Positions 53,428 to 61,722 of a DNA stretch of 64,000 nucleotides are shown here, piece by piece. How positions within the stretch are numbered: the first letter of the stretch is position 1; each line of letters opens with the position of its first letter. Source of the stretch: a virus. The position numbers were made by a program, and so were the translations under genes. Where the stretch lies: IMG/VR virus record IMGVR_UViG_3300045988_115163. One strand, given 5' to 3'. The notes beneath the pieces are model-generated. The model was not told the origin of the DNA and did not search any database. It saw only the letters and a list, made by a program, of their open reading frames with translations.

Positions 53428-53683
53428 AGTCACCCCCTTTCGTAGCAACGCATCCGGTAACTAGCACTATAGAGTGAGAGCTATCGAATGCGTTTACATG
53501 TACATCTCCATCAATTATGATGGCGCAACTGATATCATATTGGGTGTCTAGTTCCTCATCATAGCCTGAAATTATATTTCCTGATAACTTTCCTTCCGAA
53601 ATTAAATTTCCTTTAACTACAAGGGTAACTCTCTCTCTCTCTCTCTCTCTCTCTAAGGGGAGGTGTAAATTATTTTTAATCAT
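53417..53683 (-). CDS. hypothetical 88-aa protein carrying an (AG)13 tract
   Basis: Its ATG overlaps the stop of the AP2 gene (ATGATTAA). Its stop overlaps the RBP start by 11 nt. Codons 11-18 read ERERERER. Confidence 0.45.
   Translation of the reverse strand: MIKNNLHLPLERERERERVTLVVKGNLISEGKLSGNIISGYDEELDTQYDISCAIIIDGDVHVNAFDSSHSIVLVTGCVATKGGDYGV
53629..53654. repeat. dinucleotide microsatellite (CT)13 / (AG)13
   Basis: 26 nt of perfect CT repeats on the plus strand. Confidence 0.95.
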
Positions 53684-54212
53684 CGTATTCTACTTTATAA
53701 TTAACAATAGCATTATACACTTTCTCAGGAATAACATCTTTATATTTATCCGCTGTCTCCTTAAAGTATTTCTCCCTTTCTATTTTATACGCATCGAATG
53801 CCTCTTCTGGACTATTAAAATATCCAAGGTCTAAACGTCCTCTTTTACCATTAATAACCTTTTTTACTCTAGCCCTGAATTTACCACAATGAAAGTCTAC
53901 ACCTACTGGATATTTCCCTCTAATTTTATTTGATTTAGTGAATAAACTGTTTATAAAAGCAGGAACAAAACAGCAATATTCAGGACAATAAACACGATTA
54001 CCCTTTTTTAACATGTCTTTATCTATCTGGAAACCATCAATGTAGTTATTTTTAAACCATTCAAAGAAACATTCAAAATCCATCCACTCTTCACATATAG
54101 TTACTCCCCTATAAGCATACGTTCTTGAACCATAGTCTTTTAGAGAGCATCTATATCTCATTGCATTCCATACTCTTTTTGCCTTTACTCTAAGTTCTTT
54201 TTCCTTTTCCAT
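53676..54212 (-). CDS. AP2-domain DNA-binding protein (homing-endonuclease-associated type)
   Basis: GVDFHCGKFRARVKKVINGKRGRLDLGYFNSPEEAFDAYKIEREKY fits the AP2 fold pattern. The N-terminus WNAMRYRC...YRGVTICEEW is common in phage AP2 proteins. Confidence 0.6.
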   Translation of the reverse strand: MEKEKELRVKAKRVWNAMRYRCSLKDYGSRTYAYRGVTICEEWMDFECFFEWFKNNYIDGFQIDKDMLKKGNRVYCPEYCCFVPAFINSLFTKSNKIRGKYPVGVDFHCGKFRARVKKVINGKRGRLDLGYFNSPEEAFDAYKIEREKYFKETADKYKDVIPEKVYNAIVNYKVEYDD

Positions 54213-54214
54213 AA

Positions 54215-55492
54215 TCACGAAATTGTAATAGGTACATAATTGTGGTAATCAATATCTTCAATGAACATCTTCTTTTTATCCGATTTGCGGATAAGGTAGA
54301 ACGTAACATTCCCTTTAGGGAATCCATCCGAACCGGTAGACCCGTCAGCGAATGAGTGCATGATGTAGTTTGCCACCGGTTGCGGACTGTAGGTAATTTT
54401 AGCAGTTACGCTGCTTATACCCGTTCCACTTGCCGTCGCACTACCGGACAGACCCTCAAATACCAAATCGTTGGATATGACACCGCTAGGTAGTTTAAAT
54501 TGTCCATTCCATGAACCGCAATATAACTCAATCGTATATTGGGATAAATCCAAAGTAACAGAGTTTCCTTTGGAGCTATGGAAGTAGATTCGGAAGGTGA
54601 TAACCCATGTTCCCGGTACAGACGCTTTGTTCGCCAACAGGTCAACCTCGTCGATTGTGACTGGCTCAACATAGGCTTCTTCATTGGTAAACAGTCTAAG
54701 ATATTCCATCTTATCGCCTGCATCTTCAAACACAAGCGGAATAAGCGGAGTGATTTTAGATAAACCGGAATTTTCTACATTGCTGGGGATTGTCGTTTCC
54801 TTTACTAAAGTAAGATATACAGATAGTTCAACCTGCTTTCCAGCATCTAACAGCCAACTGTTGATATCCATTTGGTAGTAGTCCGAGCTTCCCCATTTAT
54901 GGTTAGGCGGACTCAATACAAATTGATAGTTCGATGGCAGGGTATCCTTCGTTCGATATATGAACGCAAGACGATACTCTGGGTTAGTTGCACTAGCTGG
55001 GTTGTACTTGAAGAATTCCGAAAAAGGAATATCTGCATTAGCCTGAGAGTAATACAACCGATACATGGACTGTCCATCCTTGTTTATCAGTTGATTCATG
55101 TTGAAGTGGATGGGAGCATCTGCATAATGATTGTATCCATCAAAATCAAGAGACCTTGCCCATTCACCGCTTTTAGGAGGATTATAAATCCATTTTGCTA
55201 TGCCGTCCACTGTACCAAAAGTGGGAAGAGAGGAAACAATAGCTGTTCCGTCAGTCAAGAGGAATCCGTAGTTGTCTCCCATATCTCCCTTAAACCACTC
55301 TGGGTCGTCTTCGTGACTAGGCTTAGAATATCGAACCGGTTTTTTCTTAGAAAACATATTGATTTGCTTATGCGTATTGTAGCACGCATAGGCTAAAGCA
55401 TATCCATCTTCTCTTCTGGAAATTCCAAGAACAGGGTATATGTCTTTAGAGACTTGAACCGGTCTGGTAATGATACCATTCTCGTGCGCCAT
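54215..55492 (-). CDS. RBP-like / tail-fibre-like protein, third paralog
   Basis: ATG after GGGAGG. The N-terminus MAHENGIITRPV...KKKPVRYSKP parallels MGYSNGIVTKPV...RYKPVKYKT. LDFDGYNHYADAP is conserved. Confidence 0.6.
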   Translation of the reverse strand: MAHENGIITRPVQVSKDIYPVLGISRREDGYALAYACYNTHKQINMFSKKKPVRYSKPSHEDDPEWFKGDMGDNYGFLLTDGTAIVSSLPTFGTVDGIAKWIYNPPKSGEWARSLDFDGYNHYADAPIHFNMNQLINKDGQSMYRLYYSQANADIPFSEFFKYNPASATNPEYRLAFIYRTKDTLPSNYQFVLSPPNHKWGSSDYYQMDINSWLLDAGKQVELSVYLTLVKETTIPSNVENSGLSKITPLIPLVFEDAGDKMEYLRLFTNEEAYVEPVTIDEVDLLANKASVPGTWVITFRIYFHSSKGNSVTLDLSQYTIELYCGSWNGQFKLPSGVISNDLVFEGLSGSATASGTGISSVTAKITYSPQPVANYIMHSFADGSTGSDGFPKGNVTFYLIRKSDKKKMFIEDIDYHNYVPITIS

Positions 55493-55505
55493 ATAGACCT
55501 CCCTT

Positions 55506-55931
55506 CTAGACTATATGGGACTTCCAAGATTGGGTGGTTTCTTTTTTATTTAATTTCTTTTGGCGTCTTTTGAAATCTTCTTTCAGTTCATTCTTCAATG
55601 CTAAGATTTCAGCCTTATTAAACCCAATTTCGTGCCCTTTGAATTGTCTCGACTTAATCCCATGCTTTTTCATTAAAGCTACAAATCCTGCTCTGTTTGA
55701 ACCGTATCCCAATTCTTCCATCGCTTCATCGTAATTATAATAATCAGATGGTTTCACATACTCACTACTCACTTTTTCCAATGAGTTCACCGCACTGGCA
55801 AGTTCATCTTCTGAACAATCTGCACTGAATAAATCAAATATTCTCGAAAAGACTGTCTCGAAGACAATGCGCCTTATTGGCGATAACTTATCAATTTCTC
55901 CTTTGATGATGTCAAAGGTCTCCGCTTTCAT
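55506..55931 (-). CDS. hypothetical protein
   Basis: ATG at 55931 lies 10 nt after the upstream stop. The track start at 56030 would overlap the upstream gene by 89 nt. Confidence 0.45.
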   Translation of the reverse strand: MKAETFDIIKGEIDKLSPIRRIVFETVFSRIFDLFSADCSEDELASAVNSLEKVSSEYVKPSDYYNYDEAMEELGYGSNRAGFVALMKKHGIKSRQFKGHEIGFNKAEILALKNELKEDFKRRQKKLNKKETTQSWKSHIV

Positions 55932-55941
55932 GGCGGCAATC

Positions 55942-56325
55942 TTACTTGATACTGTCTTCATATCGCTTTTTCCGTTTAAGTTTACGAACTTTCTTGAAAT
56001 GTCGGATACCAAGGATAATGGTTGCGACAATAGTAACTGCCCAAAGACTAGAGAGGACAGCCAAAAATAGATAGGGGTCAGGAACTAAATCAAATTTTTG
56101 GTCAAGACACGTGAAAGTATCTGTGAGAAAAACTGATAAAGCTAAAAATCTGGCGTATTCACAATTATACTTCGGATTATCCTTTGCTGCTAAATATAGA
56201 ATATACTCTAGCAAGAAACGGTAATGTTCTGATTTTGAAATCACATATCCGTCCCAAGCAAATACAAGTGCCACTAAAAAATAAATGGCAATGAAAAATA
56301 TAGATAATCGAACTAATTGATTCAT
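55942..56325 (-). CDS. multi-pass membrane protein
   Basis: Four hydrophobic helices and a basic tail KKVRKLKRKKR. Confidence 0.5.
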   Translation of the reverse strand: MNQLVRLSIFFIAIYFLVALVFAWDGYVISKSEHYRFLLEYILYLAAKDNPKYNCEYARFLALSVFLTDTFTCLDQKFDLVPDPYLFLAVLSSLWAVTIVATIILGIRHFKKVRKLKRKKRYEDSIK

Positions 56326-56388
56326 TTTCTGTTTTTCTTTACTGTTACTGCAATTTTGGTTGTTAAGAATCCCGGAGCACTACCATCA

Positions 56389-56892
56389 TTAAACGTCGGC
56401 TTTACAGGTTTTCTTGCAGCATTGTTCTTTCTCACAACCTTTACACCCGTTTTTACACGGATTGCTTTCTTTGCCATATTCTTTTTCAATTAAAAGGTCA
56501 ATATACGTTTTGGCTTTTCTGAGGTCTTCCAGACCGTTCTTTTCTCTGAACCGGGTGATATACTTTACCACATTTCCCTGAAAGAAGTCGAGCTTGTTCT
56601 TGTGGATATATTCAACCGGTTCTATCGCATAGTTGTAATAATCCGGTCGGATATTTCCATCACTTACCAAGTTACTCAGTTCTTCTTCTTTCATTTTAGG
56701 TCTCAAATATGTATATCCGCCAATGTTCAGTCTCTCCGGGGCAACTTCATAACTACCGTCTTCTTTATATCTTACACGTACTCTGTCTACCCCTTCCAAA
56801 TCAGGATATATTTCTCCACAAGGATATGGAGTATAATTTTGTCCCATTGGCTCAAAGCCCGGTACTTTCGTCTGATTCTGATTTTTCTCCAT
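56389..56892 (-). CDS. DUF3310-like protein
   Basis: PDYYNYAIEPVEYI...FFQGNVVKYITRFREKNGLEDLRKAKTYIDLL matches the DUF3310 pattern as remembered. Confidence 0.5.
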   Translation of the reverse strand: MEKNQNQTKVPGFEPMGQNYTPYPCGEIYPDLEGVDRVRVRYKEDGSYEVAPERLNIGGYTYLRPKMKEEELSNLVSDGNIRPDYYNYAIEPVEYIHKNKLDFFQGNVVKYITRFREKNGLEDLRKAKTYIDLLIEKEYGKESNPCKNGCKGCEKEQCCKKTCKADV

Positions 56893-57493
56893 CTTCTTTC
56901 TTATTAAGTTCTGACTTCAAATCTTCCATCATCTCAACTTCCTGCCGGAACTGTTCGTTCGCTACTACATCTTCTTCCTGCAATGGAGTTTTCAGTAGAC
57001 GGGTATATAGTTCATTCTGCATCTTCGTAAGATAGGTAGCTTGCTGAATCCAATAATCGTCTTCGGAGAAACAAGTTGTAGGATTCAGAAGAATGACCAT
57101 AGTGGCATTCAACAAAGCATCGTAATTGGATTTTTCTTGTTCAGAAAATCCCTCATACTGGCTTTTGAATATTATCAATGCGTCCAAATGACAATACAAG
57201 GTATATATCCAAGGGAATACCAGTATTTTATAACCGTTCATTCCAACAATGATACAAGTTTTTGTCTTAATCAAAGTGAAGTGACCGAAGTTATATTCTA
57301 TATCGTTCCCGGCTTCATCCTTCATCACACTTTTAGTGGGAATATGGATATAAGTAGGTTCAATATCCAATTGCGCTTTCAACGATAAAATGTCGTTAAT
57401 CAGCTTATCGGAATAATGAGCATCATTGCACAGAGCTTTCAACTTGGCAATCTTCTCACTCATTTTCTTTTCAAGTTCTTCTCTATTTTTCAT
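56852..57493 (-). CDS. hypothetical protein
   Basis: ATG ORF of 213 aa. Confidence 0.5.
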   Translation of the reverse strand: MKNREELEKKMSEKIAKLKALCNDAHYSDKLINDILSLKAQLDIEPTYIHIPTKSVMKDEAGNDIEYNFGHFTLIKTKTCIIVGMNGYKILVFPWIYTLYCHLDALIIFKSQYEGFSEQEKSNYDALLNATMVILLNPTTCFSEDDYWIQQATYLTKMQNELYTRLLKTPLQEEDVVANEQFRQEVEMMEDLKSELNKKEDGEKSESDESTGL

Positions 57494-57496
57494 GTA

Positions 57497-58117
57497 TTAT
57501 TCTTTTGGTTTACGACCTCTTTTCTTTGGCTCTTCTCCCAATACCGGATTCTCATCTTCAACCTTTTCTTCTTCGGCATTTTCAGGCTCAGAAGATTTTA
57601 CAGGTTCTTCTTTTTTGTCTTCTTCGGAGAAGTCAATTACATTAGATACTTTGTGTTCCGGTTCTTTAATTCCGAGAACATAGTCTTCATAGTCCTGTTT
57701 CTGTCCCCACTTAGAAGCCTTATTCTTAATGCAGACGTTGTACAACATCTTTTTCAGAACATCATTACCTAGAGAAGACAGATATTCAGCATCTTCTTTG
57801 GTGCGAGAAGCCAAGAAATTGATGATATCTTCTTTGGTCTTTACTGTCGGCATATCCAAAGCGGTCAAATAGGAGTACGGATGAATACTTTCTACTTCTG
57901 CGAGAATACCCACGCCTGCCATTTCTGATTTGACACGGATTTCGTTCCATCCAAAGAAGTCATGTTCGGCAATCACATAGTCTTTCTGACCTGTTTTGCG
58001 TAGTACTTTCACCAATGCCAACACCCATACCTTAGCGGGGTCGTTCTCTTCTGGAAGTTGCGATACTCTTGATTCTAGCAACATCTGGGTCAATGATTCA
58101 GTTTCTTTTGTTACCAT
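57497..58117 (-). CDS. hypothetical protein with acidic tail and AT-hook-like KRGRKPK
   Basis: ATG ORF of 206 aa. The C-terminus reads EEPKKRGRKPKE. Confidence 0.5.
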   Translation of the reverse strand: MVTKETESLTQMLLESRVSQLPEENDPAKVWVLALVKVLRKTGQKDYVIAEHDFFGWNEIRVKSEMAGVGILAEVESIHPYSYLTALDMPTVKTKEDIINFLASRTKEDAEYLSSLGNDVLKKMLYNVCIKNKASKWGQKQDYEDYVLGIKEPEHKVSNVIDFSEEDKKEEPVKSSEPENAEEEKVEDENPVLGEEPKKRGRKPKE

Positions 58118-58131
58118 AATTTATGTATTTA

Positions 58132-58314
58132 TTAAAAAAAATAATCCAATCTTTTGTCTAGTTCTTCACTGGACATTTGATAGCAAGGAAGTAGTTTAGA
58201 TATAGCTTTCGCCCTAAATAGACGAACAGAACTACGGCTGTCTTCTCCCTCTTTTGCTAAATCTACACCAATTAAAACATCGGTCTCTTTTAAATGCAAT
58301 CCCTTCTCACCCAT
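58132..58314 (-). CDS. hypothetical small protein
   Basis: 60-aa ORF packed between its neighbours. Confidence 0.35.
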   Translation of the reverse strand: MGEKGLHLKETDVLIGVDLAKEGEDSRSSVRLFRAKAISKLLPCYQMSSEELDKRLDYFF

Positions 58315-58315
58315 A

Positions 58316-58867
58316 TTATTTACCCCATATTTTTATCCCAGCACTTACATTGTACACAGGTTTGTTATCATATACTCCTATTCCGGCTTCTATAAGAAGC
58401 GATTTTGGAGATGTTATAGTCAGTTTGATAGAAGGTATCCACTTCTGGTCAAACGTCTGTATTTGCCCACCTATGTATCCTCTCCATGAGGATTTATAAA
58501 GCGTATGCGTTTCGGTATTCGTTATGGTTTTATATTCGGTCTTATTGAAGACATTTATCTTATCCAAAGATGGATGATAGCCGGACACCCATGCTTCATA
58601 ACTTCCATCTTGTTTATAGTATTTCTGTTCTATCGGAAGTTCTATTTTGGAAGAATCTTTCAGATAGATGGTAATTGTATCAATTACCTTTTTCGTGAAG
58701 AATACTGGATAACTATACCTAAGAGTATCATATTTCGTCACAAACACAGTATCCGTAGTAGTAACTATCTTTTCTTCATTCGGTTTACGAAACAATGAAT
58801 AGATAGATATCAGCAGCGAGATAGCTATAAGTATATGTGGCAAATATGTACATATCTTGCTTTTCAT
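58316..58867 (-). CDS. membrane-anchored beta-rich protein
   Basis: N-terminal TM helix YLPHILIAISLLISIYSLF. The C-terminal half has an alternating hydrophobic pattern. Confidence 0.5.
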   Translation of the reverse strand: MKSKICTYLPHILIAISLLISIYSLFRKPNEEKIVTTTDTVFVTKYDTLRYSYPVFFTKKVIDTITIYLKDSSKIELPIEQKYYKQDGSYEAWVSGYHPSLDKINVFNKTEYKTITNTETHTLYKSSWRGYIGGQIQTFDQKWIPSIKLTITSPKSLLIEAGIGVYDNKPVYNVSAGIKIWGK

Positions 58868-59317
58868 CTATGACTTTTTAGTGGATATTCCGTTTATATT
58901 AGTAAACTTGAAAGTAGCCTTAATATAAGGTGTACTTCCTAGCAATATGTCTTCCGATGGCTCAACCTTGTCGCTGAGATACATCTCGACTTGCCTGTTT
59001 CGTACATTGTCCCAATATCTCAGTTTCTTATTCTTAACATATTCGTAAAAGGTATCAAATACATCTCTGCGGTTATCTCCGGCAAAGACAAATTCAAATT
59101 CGATATCTACGGTATCTACAGTTAAGGTAGTTGGTATATACACTCTAATACCGTTAGAGTCAGCATACTGTTCAGTATATACTCTGGATTTACCTTTTGA
59201 AGACAACCCTTTACAGGAGAGATACTTCATGCCGGAAAAATCTACTTCCAAGTCTTTGATAGGTTTAGTATCTGGCTTGGCTATTTCCTGCATGTAAAAC
59301 TTCGGATTAGTTATCAT
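58868..59317 (-). CDS. hypothetical protein
   Basis: ATG ORF of 149 aa, contiguous with its neighbours. Confidence 0.5.
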   Translation of the reverse strand: MITNPKFYMQEIAKPDTKPIKDLEVDFSGMKYLSCKGLSSKGKSRVYTEQYADSNGIRVYIPTTLTVDTVDIEFEFVFAGDNRRDVFDTFYEYVKNKKLRYWDNVRNRQVEMYLSDKVEPSEDILLGSTPYIKATFKFTNINGISTKKS

Positions 59318-59856
59318 TCGTCCACCTCCTCTATGATACGTTTTACAATTACCCTTTTATTCATATAATCTCCGGTTAATACTGGCTCTTTACCATATAG
59401 ATAAATGTAGCATCGGCTGTTTTCTCCTAATTCAATAGACAGATTACTTTCACCTGCAACGTATATTTTGCAAATATGATAAGGGCTTACAACCAGTTTG
59501 GTGTTTGTTTCCAATACACAGAGAAGCGTAGTGTCTATAAGAAATTTCTCACCATTGTATTTACACAACATCGTACTGGTATATCCGTGCCCTTTTTCAT
59601 TCTTATATTTGCAGATATATCTTCCATTAATGAAGAATTTGAATTTATCAGCTATATATTCCGGTGATAATCCCCATCCCTGACTGAGCGATTTAGCCAT
59701 GTATTCCACTGCGTTAGTGTCACAGGCAAGTTCGAAAAGCTGGCATTTGCTTTTCTCATCGCTCCACATGTCAGTATATCCCTGACATAATCCTTTTTGA
59801 ATGGAGTTGTTTTTGAATTGTTTCAAATCTATCATGCCTTTGTATTTAAAAGGCAC
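59314..59856 (-). CDS. hypothetical protein
   Basis: The track start is GTG at 59856. An alternative ATG lies at 59835. First gene of the minus-strand block. Confidence 0.45.
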   Translation of the reverse strand: MPFKYKGMIDLKQFKNNSIQKGLCQGYTDMWSDEKSKCQLFELACDTNAVEYMAKSLSQGWGLSPEYIADKFKFFINGRYICKYKNEKGHGYTSTMLCKYNGEKFLIDTTLLCVLETNTKLVVSPYHICKIYVAGESNLSIELGENSRCYIYLYGKEPVLTGDYMNKRVIVKRIIEEVDE

Positions 59857-59956
59857 TAAAAGGGAAGCTACGACCCTTCCCCAATAGTGCCCACATAACC
59901 TTATAATATACCAGCTATGAAATATCTCACCTCGTCCGGTCGTAGTTCGGACATGA

Positions 59957-59964
59957 CAAAGATA
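59957..59964 (-). promoter_or_regulatory. candidate -7 promoter box on the minus strand (CAAAGATA = TATCTTTG)
   Basis: Reverse complement of TAnnTTTG, about 100 nt upstream of 59856. Confidence 0.3.
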
Positions 59965-60026
59965 GTAATATTTTTATGAATCAAAAAAATAAATGCTCTA
60001 AAAATGAACTTATTGATATTTTTTGC

Positions 60027-60034
60027 TATCTTTG
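60027..60034 (+). promoter_or_regulatory. candidate -7 promoter box (TATCTTTG)
   Basis: CTATCTTTG is identical to the box at 60175-60183. Confidence 0.35.
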
Positions 60035-60076
60035 TCCCTGCAAACCTCTTACAAGACAATCTTTTGATTTTCTTCT

Positions 60077-60115
60077 CCGGCTGTCCTTCCCCATTAGGAC
60101 AGCCGGTTTCTTTTC
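60077..60115 (+). terminator. rho-independent terminator inside the divergent control region
   Basis: 10-bp stem CCGGCTGTCC / GGACAGCCGG followed by TTTCTTTT. Confidence 0.6.
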
Positions 60116-60175
60116 GCCCATAAGTTAAACTATTGTTAATTGTTAATTATCTATTGGTAATAGAGAAATTGTCAC

Positions 60176-60183
60176 TATCTTTG
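60176..60183 (+). promoter_or_regulatory. candidate -7 promoter box (TATCTTTG) for the right-hand early operon
   Basis: TAnnTTTG match 41 nt upstream of the ATG at 60224. Confidence 0.4.
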
Positions 60184-60223
60184 CATCATGTTTAACCAAT
60201 AACTAATAAACAAATAAACTTAG

Positions 60224-60553
60224 ATGATGAAGAAAATAACTATCGCAATATTCGTTATTGCATTCATTGGATGTATTTGGTTTGCAACCTTTTCCAATCA
60301 ACAAACTTTAAAAGTGAGAGTGAATAAAGTCGATAAAATAGAAAAAGTATCCGGCAGCAAAGAGGATATTAGCACCCGAATATACTATTTGCTATACACT
60401 GATAAAGGAACATTCCGCATCAACATTGATGGTATCTTAGCATATCCTGAATTTGCCGGGAAGATAGAGAAAGATTCTGTGTATGAAATTTCTGTTTGTG
60501 GTGTGGATGTTCCTTTTTTTGGAGTATATAGGAACGTGATAGATGTTAAATGA
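60224..60553 (+). CDS. putative lipoprotein
   Basis: MMKKITIAIFVIAFIGC has a signal peptide and a lipobox-like FIGC. Confidence 0.5.
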   Translation: MMKKITIAIFVIAFIGCIWFATFSNQQTLKVRVNKVDKIEKVSGSKEDISTRIYYLLYTDKGTFRINIDGILAYPEFAGKIEKDSVYEISVCGVDVPFFGVYRNVIDVK

Positions 60554-60568
60554 GAAAATTATAAAGTA

Positions 60569-60742
60569 ATGAAGAAAATAAAGAAAATAAAGCGTAGAGT
60601 TTTTACGGAGAAACAGCTTGATATGTTAGAACAGTATCATTACCTATACAAGAAATTTTTGCGTATTGGGTTGTCGGAAGAGGAATCAGAATATTATGAA
60701 TCTCTTGCGTTAAAGATAAGAGATTTTGTAGAATTTAACTAA
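60569..60742 (+). CDS. hypothetical protein (57 aa)
   Basis: ATG ORF MKKIKKIKRRVFTEKQLDML..., below the track cutoff. It fills an otherwise empty gap. Confidence 0.4.
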   Translation: MKKIKKIKRRVFTEKQLDMLEQYHYLYKKFLRIGLSEEESEYYESLALKIRDFVEFN

Positions 60743-60755
60743 TAACTATAAAGTA

Positions 60756-61037
60756 ATGAATATAAAAGATTCGATACGAAAAGCAGATAATGCTTATATA
60801 GCTTATCAACAAGCCTGCGACACATTAGCTTCCGAAGCACAGAAATATATCAATTGGGATGATAATGTAGGATGCCAGCATTTCCCTGCTGACGGATTAT
60901 GTATTATGGCAACCTTGCCGGATAAATGCGGAATTTACGGTATGCCTGAATGTGTATGTCCCGTTAAGTCATTTTTTGAATCTGTAGAAGCAGGAAATGA
61001 TATTTCACCGAGAGAGTTTAAATCCATGAGTATTTAA
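60756..61037 (+). CDS. hypothetical protein
   Basis: ATG ORF preceded by TAACTATAAAG. Confidence 0.5.
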   Translation: MNIKDSIRKADNAYIAYQQACDTLASEAQKYINWDDNVGCQHFPADGLCIMATLPDKCGIYGMPECVCPVKSFFESVEAGNDISPREFKSMSI

Positions 61038-61054
61038 CTAATAATTAAATAGGA

Positions 61055-61324
61055 ATGAGCAAAGTATATTACAACCATCGCATTTGGCTTAACTCTGAAA
61101 ATTCACGCTCGACTGGAAGTATTGTATGCTTTGATGGTGAAACTGATTTTTCAGACGGAATTGGTCGAGATTTATTTATAGAGATTGCTGATTGTCATGG
61201 AAAAGTAAGGCTTCACAAGTCAAGCGATGATAGTGTATCCGAGTTTATACAAAAATTATCTGCGATGCGTAATGAAATAGATTTTTTCATTAATCATCTT
61301 AAGACTAAAGTAATTAACGAATAA
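61055..61324 (+). CDS. hypothetical protein
   Basis: ATG ORF of 89 aa. Confidence 0.5.
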   Translation: MSKVYYNHRIWLNSENSRSTGSIVCFDGETDFSDGIGRDLFIEIADCHGKVRLHKSSDDSVSEFIQKLSAMRNEIDFFINHLKTKVINE

Positions 61325-61334
61325 CTATAAAGAT

Positions 61335-61703
61335 ATGAACAGAATACAGAAATTAGAAGCTGAAATACAGAAGCTAAAGAAGCAGGAAGCCGATAAAAAA
61401 AAGGCAAAATATCAATATCTCGTTGGAAAGTGTATTCATATGGCGCATACTTCTTATGAAAAAATCACAGCGATAGTTAGGGTAAATACTGATGAAATCG
61501 GTGATGAAGTGGTATTTGATTGCATACATGTATATTTTGACAATAGAGAAGATGTAAGTAATAGTGATTCAAGCATCCAACTTGCATCTTATTCAAGTGA
61601 ATACGTGGAACGGATTGAGAAAAATATCATAAGTCAAGAAGTTTTTGACAAGGCTATGGATGATTGTTTTGCGCATATTAAAAGAATGTCTATTAACGTG
61701 TAA
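61335..61703 (+). CDS. hypothetical protein
   Basis: ATG ORF preceded by TAACTATAAAG. Confidence 0.5.
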   Translation: MNRIQKLEAEIQKLKKQEADKKKAKYQYLVGKCIHMAHTSYEKITAIVRVNTDEIGDEVVFDCIHVYFDNREDVSNSDSSIQLASYSSEYVERIEKNIISQEVFDKAMDDCFAHIKRMSINV

Positions 61704-61722
61704 CTATAAAGAAAGAAATCAA

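Noticed and set aside
53629-53654. CRISPR-like or other spaced-repeat array
   Set aside because: This tract is a simple dinucleotide microsatellite. No direct repeats with unique spacers were seen anywhere in the window.
54415-55396. ORFs overlapping the third RBP paralog (54415-54735 on the minus strand, 54578-54763, 54684-54878 and 54872-55396 on the plus strand)
   Set aside because: They are nested within or antisense to a gene that has a GGGAGG ribosome-binding-like site and clear paralogs.
34286-55492. Diversity-generating retroelement as the source of fibre/RBP variation
   Set aside because: No reverse transcriptase motif (YxDD context) was seen in any listed ORF. I also noticed no template/variable repeat pair differing mainly at adenines. 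The repeats present are either in-frame protein repeats or exact inverted repeats.
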